From contig CAWATP010000007.1 of NCBI GenBank assembly GCA_963784905.1, forward strand, positions 14,797-78,796: a DNA stretch of 64,000 nucleotides. Direction: 5' to 3'. Of this stretch, positions 37,113 to 46,767 are shown piece after piece. Source of the DNA: an uncultured Actinomycetota bacterium (GTDB lineage: Bacteria > Actinomycetota > Actinomycetes > S36-B12 > UBA5976). The stretch's first letter is position 1, and each line of letters begins with the position of its first letter. The notes under the pieces are model-generated. The model was not told the DNA's origin, searched no databases, and worked only from the letters and a program-made list of their open reading frames with translations. The position numbers were made by a program, and so were the translations under genes.

Positions 37113-38045
37113 TTAGTGGGCGGCGCGAGCGAGTCGGTCGCGCACGGCGGCACCCAATCCAGTTTCTTCGGGCATCACGGCACATACATCGTGCAAGCCG
37201 AGGTCGTCGCTAGAGCGCAGTGCCGCATAGAGATTGCGTGCATAGTCGCCGGCATTCTCGGCCGCGAGCAGTCTCGTCATACCGGTGGGAGTGGCCACGG
37301 ACGCTGCAGCGATGAGTCCTGCGCCCGGGAACCGAGCCAGTTCCCCTGCGTCCACGATGTGCACTGTTGCTCGCGGCGAGTAGTGGCTGGCAAGCGTGCC
37401 TGGCGCGCGCACCCTGCCATCGCTTTCACGCACTTGCAGGCCGGTCGTCTCCTCGATCATGTCGAGGGTTACCGCGCCGGCGCGCAGGAGGCGCGGTGCA
37501 CTGCCGGTGCAGTCGACGATCGTGGATTCGACGCCGACCTCGCAAGCGCCGCCATCCAAGAGGTAGTCGTCAGCGGTCAGAAACTCGCCGAGATCGGCTT
37601 GCACGTGTGCCACCGTCGTTGGGCTGACCCGACCGAAACGATTCGCGCTGGGTGCCGCCACTCCCGTGCCGAGGAGTTGCAACACTTGGCGCGTCAAGGC
37701 GTGCGCGGGCACCCGGAGGCCAACGGTGCCTTGCCCCCCCGTGACGGCGCCGAGCACGTGTGGCTGCTTGGCCAGAATCAGTGTGAGTGGGCCGGGCCAG
37801 TAGGCGGCAGCAAGTAGTCGGGCCCATGCCGGCACGTCAGCTGCCCAATCGTCGATTGCGCCAAGGTCGGCAATGTGCACGATCAACGGGTGGTCAGATG
37901 GCCTCCCCTTGGCGGCAAAGATGCGAGCAACCGCGTCAGCGTTGGTCGCATCCGCCGCCAGTCCATATACCGTCTCCGTGGGCAACGCGACGAGGCCACC
38001 GGCGCGCAGAACTGCTGCAGCGCGGTCGACATCGGTTCCCAGCAT
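37113..38045 (-). CDS. L-threonylcarbamoyladenylate synthase (Sua5/YwlC type, YrdC + Sua5 domains)
   Basis: LRAGGLVALPTETVYGLAADA and KGRPSDHPLIVHI motifs. Track ORF (to 38366) trimmed to ATG 38045 because the extension runs antisense through the next gene. Confidence 0.85.
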   Translation of the reverse strand: MLGTDVDRAAAVLRAGGLVALPTETVYGLAADATNADAVARIFAAKGRPSDHPLIVHIADLGAIDDWAADVPAWARLLAAAYWPGPLTLILAKQPHVLGAVTGGQGTVGLRVPAHALTRQVLQLLGTGVAAPSANRFGRVSPTTVAHVQADLGEFLTADDYLLDGGACEVGVESTIVDCTGSAPRLLRAGAVTLDMIEETTGLQVRESDGRVRAPGTLASHYSPRATVHIVDAGELARFPGAGLIAAASVATPTGMTRLLAAENAGDYARNLYAALRSSDDLGLHDVCAVMPEETGLGAAVRDRLARAAH

Positions 38046-38115
38046 GCCCACATTCTCCGCTAGAACACGGCTCAGATGAAAAGCCAAAGCACCTCTTCGG
38101 CACCATAATGAGCGC

Positions 38116-38751
38116 ATGGCGTGGCGTGTATTGATCGTCGAAGACGATGGTCTGACCAGATCGAGTGTTGCGTCTGCTCTGCGTCTGCAGGGACTCAATG
38201 TCATTGGCGAAGCGAGTTCTGCGTCTGTAGCAATGCGACTGGCCCGTGAAAGCAATCCCGATCTGGCCGTGCTGGACCTTGATCTTGGTGCCGGCCCGAA
38301 CGGTGCAGACATCGCTGTCGCCCTACGCAGACTCAATCCCGCGATCGGCATTGTCATTCTCACCACCTACGACTCGCCTCGACTTATCTCTGAGCACGCG
38401 CCGGAATTGCCGGCGCGCTCCGTATTCCTGCGTAAGCGCGATGTGCAATCAGTCAATGATTTGGTGCGCGCAGTGCGCGCCTGCATGGAACCGCGGCTTC
38501 GCGGTGTCGCGCAGACACCAGGCATTGCCGACAACTTCACCGACTCGCAACTGTCCATCATGCGCGCTGTCGCAGAAGGCTTGACCAACGCAGAAATCGC
38601 ACGTCGTCGTAATGTGAGTGAACGCGCCGTCGAGCAGATGATGCGGCGCATCGCACAGCGCCTCAGCCTGCAATCCGAGGCGTCCACGTTCAATCAACGC
38701 GTGCAGATCACTCGTGCGTACCTCGAGATGACAGGCAATGTCTCGCGCTAA
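38116..38751 (+). CDS. NarL/FixJ (LuxR-type) response regulator
   Basis: Receiver VLIVEDDGLTR..DLAVLDLDLG and a LuxR HTH LTNAEIARRRNVSERAVEQMMRRI. Confidence 0.85.
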   Translation: MAWRVLIVEDDGLTRSSVASALRLQGLNVIGEASSASVAMRLARESNPDLAVLDLDLGAGPNGADIAVALRRLNPAIGIVILTTYDSPRLISEHAPELPARSVFLRKRDVQSVNDLVRAVRACMEPRLRGVAQTPGIADNFTDSQLSIMRAVAEGLTNAEIARRRNVSERAVEQMMRRIAQRLSLQSEASTFNQRVQITRAYLEMTGNVSR

Positions 38752-40510
38752 TGCGCAATGGCGAGCAGTTGCACGTCGCTTCATCGCAGCGGTCAGAAGT
38801 GGCGCTGCCCTGCACGAGAACGCAATCGCGGTCCTCTTCTTCGTGGGCACAGGCCTTGCCACTGTCGGCCAACTCGATCTCCTCGATTCGCCGCTGAGTT
38901 TTAGTCTGTGCGTCGCCACTGCCGCGATAGCCACGTTGTATGCGTGCACATTGCTCTTCGGCATTCGCGCGCTCTGGCGACGATGGGCGACGAGCTATTC
39001 GATTATCGGTATCTTCCTGGTCTTCCTTGTCGTGGGTGCTGCCCGTCTGGTCTTCCTCGGCTGGCTGAACTCGGTATTTGGACTGGCCACGTTCTATTCG
39101 AGCGAGCTTCAACTCACCGCTGGCGCCCTGCAGGGTGTGATTTGGGTGGCTGCGGCCAGCATGTACTACGCCAACCGAGACCGCTTCGTTGTCGCTCGCT
39201 CTGAGGTGTTGGAGGACCAGGCGCGTATCGAGTTGAACGCCTACCACCAGACAGCATTCGCGACCGTGCTTGCGCAAGGACTCGCTGATGCTGTCTCCAA
39301 GCGGGTTTCGGAGTCGGTCTCGCACACGCGTGATCTCATCACCGATGCACTGCCACTCGAGGATTCCCGCGAAGCCTTGCGAAATGTCGCGGCATCACTG
39401 CGGCGAGCCATCGATGAAGACATCCGACCGATGTCGCACCAACTCTGGGATGTGCCACCAGCAGAGCAGATGAAGCTCACCTTGCGCATGATGCTTCGCC
39501 TCGGCTGCTACTCGCGGCCATATCCACTGGCGACGGGCTTTGTGGTCGTACTCATGACGCTCGCGCCGATGGCGTTTGCGATGCGTGATCCGCGTGAGGC
39601 CCTGATGTTGCTGACCGTGCAGACGCTGCTCGTCGGTATGACGCTCTCGTTCTATGACAATCGCGTGCGCGACAGGGGAGCGTCGTACGGCTTTGACTTC
39701 TGGGCTGGCATCATCACTGCCGCTTTCGTTGTGCTGATTCCGCCGGCGTCGATGCAGACTTTTGGCTGGAGCTTTCACGAAGCTCGGTACTGGGCGGTGT
39801 TCTGCTCCTTCGGCATGATCTTGTTGCTGGTCTTCCTCTCCGTGGTGCAGGGTCTGGCTGGTACCTGGGCCTCGGTAGGTGCCCGTGCCCGGATCAGTTT
39901 GAGCACTGGCGAAGTGGCGCGTCAGGTGCACGCTCGCGAGATGCTGGAGACGAGCCGCAAACTGGCGCGGCACTTGCACTCGTCGCTGCAAGGTCGACTC
40001 ATGGCCATCTCGCTGGAACTGGAACGCGCGGCGGACGAGGGCAGAGCTGATTACGTGCAGGATGCCCTGCAACGTCTCGATGTTTTATTGAAATCGCCAC
40101 TCTTCGGTGCCTTGGAGAGTGATGTGGTGGATCTCGAGGGTGCCTTGCGAGATCTGGCAGACGAGTGGTCGGCGATCGCGGAAGTCCAACTCACCGTCGA
40201 CCTTGAGTCGTCCGGCCGACCGACGAATAGCGAGATGATTCTCGGCATTGCGGAAGAGGCCATCGCCAATGCTGTGCGGCATGCCGGCGCCACCCATGTT
40301 GAGATCGATGTGGTCGCGGAGGGCGCTGACGTGCTCGTACGCGCCTATAACGACGGACGGGCGATGCGCACCGGCGGCGCGGGACTCGGCTCCCGTTGGC
40401 TCGACACGATCAGCCCTGACAGTTGGACGTTGACCACGACCCCGGATGGCTCCCGCACGCTATTGCAGGTTAGGTTGCGTCGCATCCTTGACGTCGGAGT
40501 GACCCAATGA
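38738..40510 (+). CDS. Membrane sensor histidine kinase (HisKA_3-like)
   Basis: Two hydrophobic modules separated by a helical segment, H-box LARHLHSSLQGRL, and an ATPase region NAVRHAGATHVEIDV..GGAGLG. It overlaps the response-regulator gene by 14 nt. Confidence 0.75.
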   Translation: MSRANAQWRAVARRFIAAVRSGAALHENAIAVLFFVGTGLATVGQLDLLDSPLSFSLCVATAAIATLYACTLLFGIRALWRRWATSYSIIGIFLVFLVVGAARLVFLGWLNSVFGLATFYSSELQLTAGALQGVIWVAAASMYYANRDRFVVARSEVLEDQARIELNAYHQTAFATVLAQGLADAVSKRVSESVSHTRDLITDALPLEDSREALRNVAASLRRAIDEDIRPMSHQLWDVPPAEQMKLTLRMMLRLGCYSRPYPLATGFVVVLMTLAPMAFAMRDPREALMLLTVQTLLVGMTLSFYDNRVRDRGASYGFDFWAGIITAAFVVLIPPASMQTFGWSFHEARYWAVFCSFGMILLLVFLSVVQGLAGTWASVGARARISLSTGEVARQVHAREMLETSRKLARHLHSSLQGRLMAISLELERAADEGRADYVQDALQRLDVLLKSPLFGALESDVVDLEGALRDLADEWSAIAEVQLTVDLESSGRPTNSEMILGIAEEAIANAVRHAGATHVEIDVVAEGADVLVRAYNDGRAMRTGGAGLGSRWLDTISPDSWTLTTTPDGSRTLLQVRLRRILDVGVTQ

Positions 40511-41316
40511 CCACCGTTTCCTTGCGATCCCGCGATGGCGTGCGCATCGTTGCCGAGACCATCGGCGAAGGTCCAGTCACCTTCGTCGTTGCGCACGGCA
40601 TCACCGGCAGCCGGGAGAAGACCGGCATGAAACTTATCTCCGGTTGGCTTTCGCACCATGGGCGCGTGGTGTTCTTCGACCAACGCGGTCACGGTGAGTC
40701 CGGTGGCAAGTGCACCATGGGCTATCGCGAGCCCATGGATCTCGATGCAGTGATTACGTGGGCTCGCACCCTGTCCGACGCTCCGGTTGTCACCGTTGGA
40801 TTCTCGCTCGGTGCATCCGTTGTTATCCGTCATGCAGCGCTGACTACAGATCGTGCAACGGCTCCGCGAATAGACGACTTGATCGTGGTCAGCGAGCGAC
40901 CGGACGCGACCGTTCTCGTCAGCGGTGTCGCCCAATGGTTCTTCCGCGGCACCAAGATCATGGATCGGCTATTCCGAGTGTCGGCAACGCCGTGGGGACG
41001 TTGGGCCATGCGTGGCCAGGGCGTCAAGATCTCGGTCCGTGACTGGGTTGGACCGGATGCGGCGCCTGAACTTTTGCCCATGTCACCAACGGCGTGCGCG
41101 GCGGTCATCAAACACCCGTTGCTCATTGTGCACGGCACGAAAGATCACTACTTCCCGGAGGAGCATGCGGAACGCGTCTTCGCGGCCGCGGCAGGGAATA
41201 CCGGCACGGCCCTCTGGGTTGAAGAAGGCATGGGTCACGCAGAACGCGCCACGACGCAAGAACTCGTGAATCGCATCGCCGTTTGGGCGATTGCGGCTGC
41301 GCGCACAACCCCATGA
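40507..41316 (+). CDS. Alpha/beta hydrolase
   Basis: FVVAHGITGS, nucleophile elbow GFSLGAS and a C-terminal HGTKDHYFP..GHAE triad region. ATGA overlap with the kinase gene. Confidence 0.7.
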   Translation: MTTVSLRSRDGVRIVAETIGEGPVTFVVAHGITGSREKTGMKLISGWLSHHGRVVFFDQRGHGESGGKCTMGYREPMDLDAVITWARTLSDAPVVTVGFSLGASVVIRHAALTTDRATAPRIDDLIVVSERPDATVLVSGVAQWFFRGTKIMDRLFRVSATPWGRWAMRGQGVKISVRDWVGPDAAPELLPMSPTACAAVIKHPLLIVHGTKDHYFPEEHAERVFAAAAGNTGTALWVEEGMGHAERATTQELVNRIAVWAIAAARTTP

Positions 41317-41756
41317 GCGGCTGGCTCGCTGTCCTTGCGGTACTGGTGCTGGCGAGTGCGTTTGGCATCTACCGACAGCGAACCGACGGCCGCGTGCGGG
41401 TGCTGAGCCCCGACGACCAACCGTCCATCCCAACGCCACCCACGGCATCGCCCTTTACTGCCTTTGGCGAGATGGGCGAACACGCCACGATCGTGCAGTT
41501 TTCAGCGACCGTGTGTGCTCCATGCCGTGCTGCGCATGTCATCGCCGCTGAGGTCGCCGCGCAGGTGCCTGGCGTCACGCATCTCGACATCAATGCCGAG
41601 CACAACATGGAGCTCGTCAAGGAGTTCGGCATTATGCGAACGCCAACGATCCTAGTTCTCGACGGACTTGGTCGCCTGAGCGCGCGCATCTCCGGAGTGC
41701 CGAGGCGTGAAGAGTTATTGATCGCCCTTGACGACCGTCGCTTCGAAAACCTGTAA
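41313..41756 (+). CDS. Membrane-anchored thioredoxin-family protein
   Basis: N-terminal TM WLAVLAVLVLASAFGIY and an active-site region FSATVCAPCR. ATGA overlap with the hydrolase gene. Confidence 0.7.
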   Translation: MSGWLAVLAVLVLASAFGIYRQRTDGRVRVLSPDDQPSIPTPPTASPFTAFGEMGEHATIVQFSATVCAPCRAAHVIAAEVAAQVPGVTHLDINAEHNMELVKEFGIMRTPTILVLDGLGRLSARISGVPRREELLIALDDRRFENL

Positions 41757-41857
41757 CCATGGCGGCAGATGCTTTGCTGCTGCGAGAGGTTCGCAGGGGA
41801 TGTCCGTTGGTATGACGGACGAGGTCGCAGAATGTCTCTGGCTCCTATGGTCACTGC

Positions 41858-42286
41858 ATGACACTGGCATCCATTGACGCTCGCGGACCGCGCTTCGGTG
41901 CGGCCATCACCACCGTTGTCCTTGCGCTCGCCGTGATCCTCGGCCCGAGTGTCGCGGGTACGGTGCTCATCGCATGGCAGGCCATCGCCTTCGGCTTGGG
42001 TTCAATCGTTGGTCTTTCCGCGCAGCCGTATGGTCGTCTGTACAGCAAGTTCGTCAAGCCGCGACTGCGTGGCCCAGTGCCGTTGGAAGATCCGGCACCG
42101 CCGCGTTTCGCGCAAGCGGTCGGACTCGCTTTCGCGGTTGTGGCGCTCGCAGGATCTCTGACGGGGCAGGACGCGGTGTACACGATCGCTGCATCGTTTG
42201 CTTTGGCAGCGGCATTTCTCAACGCCGTCTTTGCGTTCTGCCTCGGTTGCGAGATGTACCTGCTGATCAAGCGCGTCACCGCCTAA
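41858..42286 (+). CDS. DUF4395-family membrane protein
   Basis: IDARGPRFGAAITTVVL..YGRLYSKFVKPRL..PRFAQAVGLAF..CLGCEMY pattern. Confidence 0.65.
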   Translation: MTLASIDARGPRFGAAITTVVLALAVILGPSVAGTVLIAWQAIAFGLGSIVGLSAQPYGRLYSKFVKPRLRGPVPLEDPAPPRFAQAVGLAFAVVALAGSLTGQDAVYTIAASFALAAAFLNAVFAFCLGCEMYLLIKRVTA

Positions 42287-42370
42287 CCCACTTCACCGTT
42301 GGCGCTTTCCCCGCACAGAACAAGCCGATGCGCCTTCGAAGGTGAGAAGTGAAGGCGGGGTCCCACTGCG

Positions 42371-42730
42371 TTAGTAGACGAGTGCCTTGGCGTCGGGTGC
42401 CACGATCTCTTCGACAAATCCAGCCGCACCGCCAATGCGCACTCCGGCGAAAAGGTCCGTTGCAGACAGGTCACGCCGGGCGAGGCACTGGCTACAGGCC
42501 GTCAAGAGCGCACCTTCTAGGACGGCCTGCACGGCGACCGCAAACGGTTGCGCCCCTTCGAGTACGACGGTTTCGGCAAAGCCCGGTACAGCAAAGCGAA
42601 CGGCGTCGCCCGTCAGCCAGACGCTCACATCGACGCCCGATGCCATCGCCATGGTGGCCACAGTCCAACCTTGGTTGCAGCGTTCGAGTGCCTCCGTGCC
42701 GGATGCGATCTTGATGACGAGTCGGGTCAT
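42371..42730 (-). CDS. DsrE/DsrF-like family protein
   Basis: 119 aa, MTRLVIKIASG...LTACSQCLARR. Track ORF trimmed to ATG 42730. Confidence 0.6.
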   Translation of the reverse strand: MTRLVIKIASGTEALERCNQGWTVATMAMASGVDVSVWLTGDAVRFAVPGFAETVVLEGAQPFAVAVQAVLEGALLTACSQCLARRDLSATDLFAGVRIGGAAGFVEEIVAPDAKALVY

Positions 42731-42748
42731 GGGCAAATGGTAGGCGCG

Positions 42749-42754
42749 TAGAAT
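42749..42754 (+). promoter_or_regulatory. Candidate -10 box (TAGAAT) for a leaderless transcript
   Basis: TAGAAT ends 6 nt before ATG 42761, the spacing expected if transcription starts at the A of the start codon. Confidence 0.35.
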
Positions 42755-42760
42755 GCGTAC

Positions 42761-42871
42761 ATGACCCAAATCGTCGAAACCGGCTACACCATCGCACTTG
42801 TGTGCGTTTCCATCGGGATCTTCGCCTTTGCCGCCACGGTCGTCTTGAAGCTCTACAAGGGTCAGTCGTAA
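42761..42871 (+). CDS. 36-aa single-TM small protein; absent from the ORF track
   Basis: Translation MTQIVETGYTIALVCVSIGIFAFAATVVLKLYKGQS. Its stop overlaps the next ATG (TAATG), and a TAGAAT box sits 6 nt upstream. Confidence 0.45.
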   Translation: MTQIVETGYTIALVCVSIGIFAFAATVVLKLYKGQS

Positions 42872-43398
42872 TGACCGAACTCGACGAACTCGCTGGCGTG
42901 CATCGCGATATCGCACACCTGTCTTGGCTCGTCGGCAGTTGGAGTGGATTCGGCGTCGGCCAGATGCCTGGAGGGGGCCACTTCCGCTACGAAGAACTCC
43001 TACAGTTCGCCACAGACGGACGACCCTTCCTTGAGTACCGATCACAGTCGTGGGTCGTCGACGACGAAGGCAAGCGCTTGCGGCCGTCGCATACGGAGAG
43101 CGGATATTTGCGGCCCGCTCCGGACAACGGCGTTGAAGCGGTCATCTGCAATCCCCTGGGTATCGCGGAGTTGTGGCTCGGCACTGTCACGGTGAGTGGG
43201 ATCGAGAACGCCCGCATCACCGCCGCCAAGCTTGAGGTACGTGCCGCCAACTACGTGCGCACACCTACCGCGCCAGCCATCGAAGGCGGCAAGCGACTGT
43301 ATGGCTTGGCCAATGGCGACCTCTTCCACGCTTTCGACTTCGAGCTTCCCGGGCACCCGGAGTCCTCACATACCGCCATTCAGCTGAAACGGAAGTGA
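42871..43398 (+). CDS. FABP/nitrobindin-like (DUF1794) beta-barrel protein
   Basis: LSWLVGSWSGFGVG..YEELLQF..GRPFLEY motifs. Start trimmed to ATG 42871. Confidence 0.75.
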   Translation: MTELDELAGVHRDIAHLSWLVGSWSGFGVGQMPGGGHFRYEELLQFATDGRPFLEYRSQSWVVDDEGKRLRPSHTESGYLRPAPDNGVEAVICNPLGIAELWLGTVTVSGIENARITAAKLEVRAANYVRTPTAPAIEGGKRLYGLANGDLFHAFDFELPGHPESSHTAIQLKRK

Positions 43399-43835
43399 CG
43401 ATGCAAACCGATTGGGAACGTCGTTTGCACGCGCACGGCTACCGCATCACGCCGCAGCGTCAGATGGTTTTGCAGGCAGTCGAAACCCTGCGCCACGGCA
43501 GTCCCGAGGAGTTGCTCGCCGAGGTGCAGAGCCACGCTTCCGGTGTGAACCTGTCAACGATTTATCGTGCTCTCGAAGTGCTCGAGAAGGTTGGGCTCGT
43601 CACGCATTCGCACATCGGTCACGGTGCGCCGACCTATCACACGGTCGATGACATCACACATATTCACTTGGCTTGCGATGGCTGCGGAGCTGTCGAATCC
43701 ATCCACGCCGACGTGCTCGAACCGCTGGCCCGCGCGCTACGCGCGGACAAAGGCTTCGATATCGACGTCTCGCACGTGTCGTTCCATGGTCGCTGCCGTC
43801 GGTGCATTGAAGAAGGCAAGATCGGCCGTCACTAG
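43395..43835 (+). CDS. Fur-family transcriptional repressor
   Basis: RITPQRQMVLQAV, HSH.GHG, a HLACDGCG..HGRCRRC zinc site. Start is GTG 43395 or ATG 43401. Confidence 0.8.
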   Translation: MTMQTDWERRLHAHGYRITPQRQMVLQAVETLRHGSPEELLAEVQSHASGVNLSTIYRALEVLEKVGLVTHSHIGHGAPTYHTVDDITHIHLACDGCGAVESIHADVLEPLARALRADKGFDIDVSHVSFHGRCRRCIEEGKIGRH

Positions 43836-43847
43836 GCCAAACCCATC

Positions 43848-43917
43848 CCCTGCGCTTCACGGTCGAATCTGCGAGGTTTCGAGCCATTTTCGAACCGTTT
43901 CGACAGTGAAGCGCAGG
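43848..43917. repeat. REP/MITE-like palindromic element, copy 2
   Basis: ccctgcgcttcacggtcgaa ... ttcgacagtgaagcgcagg, beginning 12 nt after the fur-family stop. Confidence 0.85.
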
Positions 43918-43957
43918 TGTGGGGGAATCCTGCAGGCGTGAAAGGAGTTGTCGCTGC

Positions 43958-44962
43958 ATGAAGCCGTATCTCATGCATGACCTTTCCGCCGTGGACGCGG
44001 GTGTGGCGTGGCACTACGGCGATCCCTTCGCCGAACAGCGACTTCTGGCCTCGGGTCTTGGCGCCGTCGACCTTTCGCATCGCGGCGTGCTCCAGATTAC
44101 GGGTGCCGATCGGCTGACCTGGCTCGATTCACTGACGAGTCAACTGCTTCTGGATTTGACCCCCGGCGATTCTGCCTATGACCTGCTCCTCGATCCCAAT
44201 GGCCGACTGGAGAGCGAGATGCATGTCGTCGCGCTCGATGATCGACTGTTGCTCGGGGTCGAGCCGGGCAATGCACCACATGTTCTCGCCTTCCTCGACC
44301 GCATGCGGTTCATGCTGCGGGTGGAGGTTGCTGACGTCACGGACGCTTGGGCCACGGTGTGGGAGCCGGTACGAGAACCGCATGCGGTGCACCCCGCGGT
44401 GCTGACGCCGGCTGCCTTTGCTGGCTTGCCAATGGGTGACGTGGGAGCCGATGTCTCGCGACAACGGGCGGATGCCGAGCACACCTTCGCTGGCCGCGAC
44501 GTGTTCGTTCCTCGTGAGCAACTTGTCGATTACCTCGCATCCGCCGGTGAACTGGCAGGAACGTGGGCGTGGAACGCGCTGCGCATTGCTGCAGGTGTGC
44601 CACGTTTCGGCGTGGAGAGCGACGACAAGTCCATCCCACAGGAGTTGGGTCTGCTCGGCACCGCCGTGCACATGCGCAAGGGCTGTTACCGCGGGCAGGA
44701 AACGGTGGCGCGCACGTTCAATATGGGTAAGCCGCCCCGTCGACTCGTCTTGCTGCACTTGGATGGTTCGCTCGACGAACCGCCAGCACACGGTACCGAA
44801 GTGATGCTGGGGGACCGTCGTGTCGGCTTCATCGGCATGGGTGCGCAACACCACGAACTCGGCCCCATCGCCAGTGCCGTGATTAAGCGCAACACCGATG
44901 TCGAGGCGGTTCTTGAGGTGGCCGGGGTGCGGGCGACGCAGCAAGTCATCGTCAACGCCTGA
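43958..44962 (+). CDS. ygfZ: YgfZ/GcvT-like folate-binding protein
   Basis: HYGDPFAEQR, DLSHRGVLQITGADRLTWL and KGCYRGQETVAR motifs. Confidence 0.75.
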   Translation: MKPYLMHDLSAVDAGVAWHYGDPFAEQRLLASGLGAVDLSHRGVLQITGADRLTWLDSLTSQLLLDLTPGDSAYDLLLDPNGRLESEMHVVALDDRLLLGVEPGNAPHVLAFLDRMRFMLRVEVADVTDAWATVWEPVREPHAVHPAVLTPAAFAGLPMGDVGADVSRQRADAEHTFAGRDVFVPREQLVDYLASAGELAGTWAWNALRIAAGVPRFGVESDDKSIPQELGLLGTAVHMRKGCYRGQETVARTFNMGKPPRRLVLLHLDGSLDEPPAHGTEVMLGDRRVGFIGMGAQHHELGPIASAVIKRNTDVEAVLEVAGVRATQQVIVNA

Positions 44963-44983
44963 GTCTGGACGTAGGTTTCTGCC

Positions 44984-45946
44984 ATGACTGATGCGGTACT
45001 GGCCGAGTTGGTGCGTGGCGATTTGATCGAATCAGTGCATCGTGGTTCGTTTGTTGTGCTTGATGAAGCAGGCATGGTCCAAGCGTCCTTGGGTGCAATT
45101 GATGAACCGATGTACCCGCGTTCCAGTGTGAAGCCGATCCAAGCCGCAGCCATGGTGCGCCTTGGCCTCGCACTCGAACCGCGCTTGTTGGCGCTGGTGG
45201 CTGCCTCGCACAGCGGCAGTCAATTGCATGTTGCGGGCGTAGAGGAGATCCTCGCCGCCCACGGTCGCACTGATGCCGATCTGCAGTGCATCGAGGGCTG
45301 GCCCTTGGGTGCGAGCGAGCGAGAAGCGCTCGTCCGTGCAGGTGGTCGAGCTGATCGCATCCACTTCAATTGCTCGGGCAAGCACGCCGGATTCATTGCC
45401 ACCAGCGTCATCAACGACTGGCCGCTGTCGAACTACCTCGATCCTGAGCATCCGGTGCAACGCGCTGCACGCGAGCTCGAAGAGTTGCTCACCGGTGTAT
45501 CCGTGACGGCAAGTACCGTCGATGGTTGCGGAGCGCCGCTCCATGCCATTTCGTTGACGGCTCTCGCTCGCGCATTCCACATGATTGCGATCGCCGACGT
45601 TGATAGCGCCGAGGGGCAAGTCGCAGACGCTATGCGGGCCTATCCAGAGATGGTGGCAGGCGTCGGTCGCGAAGACACTGTCGCCATGCAACGCATGCCC
45701 GGCCTCATTGCCAAGATCGGTGCCGAGGGCGTGATGGCCATGGCCCTACCCGACGGACGTGCTTGTGCCATCAAGGTCACGGATGGGGCAGCTCGCGGTT
45801 ACCAGCCGCTGCTCGCCGCCGTGCTGCGGGCTTGGGGCATGTCCGAGGCTGCAGTCGAGCGATTGCCCGCAACAGCGGTCTTAGGTGGCGGGCTACCCAT
45901 GGGTGTGCTGCGCCTTTCCTCCGCAGCAGTAACAGCGCTGGCATGA
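44984..45946 (+). CDS. Asparaginase (L-asparaginase II, PF06089-type)
   Basis: RSSVKPIQA, ASHSGS, NCSGKHAGF and VDGCGAP motifs. Confidence 0.8.
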   Translation: MTDAVLAELVRGDLIESVHRGSFVVLDEAGMVQASLGAIDEPMYPRSSVKPIQAAAMVRLGLALEPRLLALVAASHSGSQLHVAGVEEILAAHGRTDADLQCIEGWPLGASEREALVRAGGRADRIHFNCSGKHAGFIATSVINDWPLSNYLDPEHPVQRAARELEELLTGVSVTASTVDGCGAPLHAISLTALARAFHMIAIADVDSAEGQVADAMRAYPEMVAGVGREDTVAMQRMPGLIAKIGAEGVMAMALPDGRACAIKVTDGAARGYQPLLAAVLRAWGMSEAAVERLPATAVLGGGLPMGVLRLSSAAVTALA

Positions 45947-45953
45947 TCAGTCT

Positions 45954-46751
45954 GTGATGACCCCTCCCATCGGCACGATCACGCGCGGAACCACCGCACC
46001 GAATCGCTTGCGCCGTTGCGATCGTTGGCTGCTGCATACCGAGTGTTCGCGGCTCCGAGCGCTTCCCCACGCCATCGTCGTCGACCTCGGCTACGGCGCA
46101 TACCCGGTCACCACCCGGGAACTGGCCGATCGCCTCCACGCACATGTTGGTCCGGGTGTTGATGTCATTGGACTCGAGATCGATCCCGGGCGGGTCCAGC
46201 AAGCGATTCCCTTTGAGCATGCGCATCTGAAATTTCGCCGCGGGGGCTTCGAGTTGGCCGGTATGCATGCCGATGTAGTGCGCGCGTTCAACGTCCTTCG
46301 CCAGTATGACGAATCCAGCGTGCAGCGCTCATGGCAGGAGATGTACCAGCACCTGGCGCCGAATGGTTTGATCATTGATGGCACTTGCGATGAGATCGGC
46401 AGGCGCTCGGCCTGGCTCGCCATCCGACGCACGGACGACGTCTCGGCGACCCCCGAATCGCTCACGCTCTCAACGCATCTCGCATCGCTGGAACTGCCGT
46501 CGAATCTTGCAGAACGATTGCCGAAGGCGCTGATTCATCACAACGTCCCCGGCCAGCCGGTGCACACATTTCTGCAGGCGTTCGATCGCGCCTGGGCCGT
46601 GGCCGCGCCGCAGGGAACCTTCGGTGCGCGACAACGCTGGATTGCCGCGGTTGAGCAATTGCGAGACAGTGGCACGCCGATTCTCGGTGACAAGAAGCGT
46701 TGGAGTCTGGGTGAAATCACCGTGCCCTGGAGCCTGGTCGCGCCAAACTGA
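45954..46751 (+). CDS. Probable class I SAM-dependent methyltransferase
   Basis: Motif I-like VVDLGYGAYP and conserved-looking flanks. Weak call. Start is GTG 45954 or ATG 45957. Confidence 0.5.
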   Translation: MMTPPIGTITRGTTAPNRLRRCDRWLLHTECSRLRALPHAIVVDLGYGAYPVTTRELADRLHAHVGPGVDVIGLEIDPGRVQQAIPFEHAHLKFRRGGFELAGMHADVVRAFNVLRQYDESSVQRSWQEMYQHLAPNGLIIDGTCDEIGRRSAWLAIRRTDDVSATPESLTLSTHLASLELPSNLAERLPKALIHHNVPGQPVHTFLQAFDRAWAVAAPQGTFGARQRWIAAVEQLRDSGTPILGDKKRWSLGEITVPWSLVAPN

Positions 46752-46767
46752 GCCGTAAAACAGCGGC

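Noticed and set aside
38046-38366. N-terminal extension of about 107 aa on the Sua5 ORF in the track. Comparable extensions occur on ORFs 277-1671, 5094-6119, 35267-36133 and 42371-43045.
   Set aside because: The extensions run through neighbouring genes or intergenic DNA, lack family similarity, and internal starts fit the conserved N-termini (with an RBS in one case). The coordinates were trimmed accordingly.
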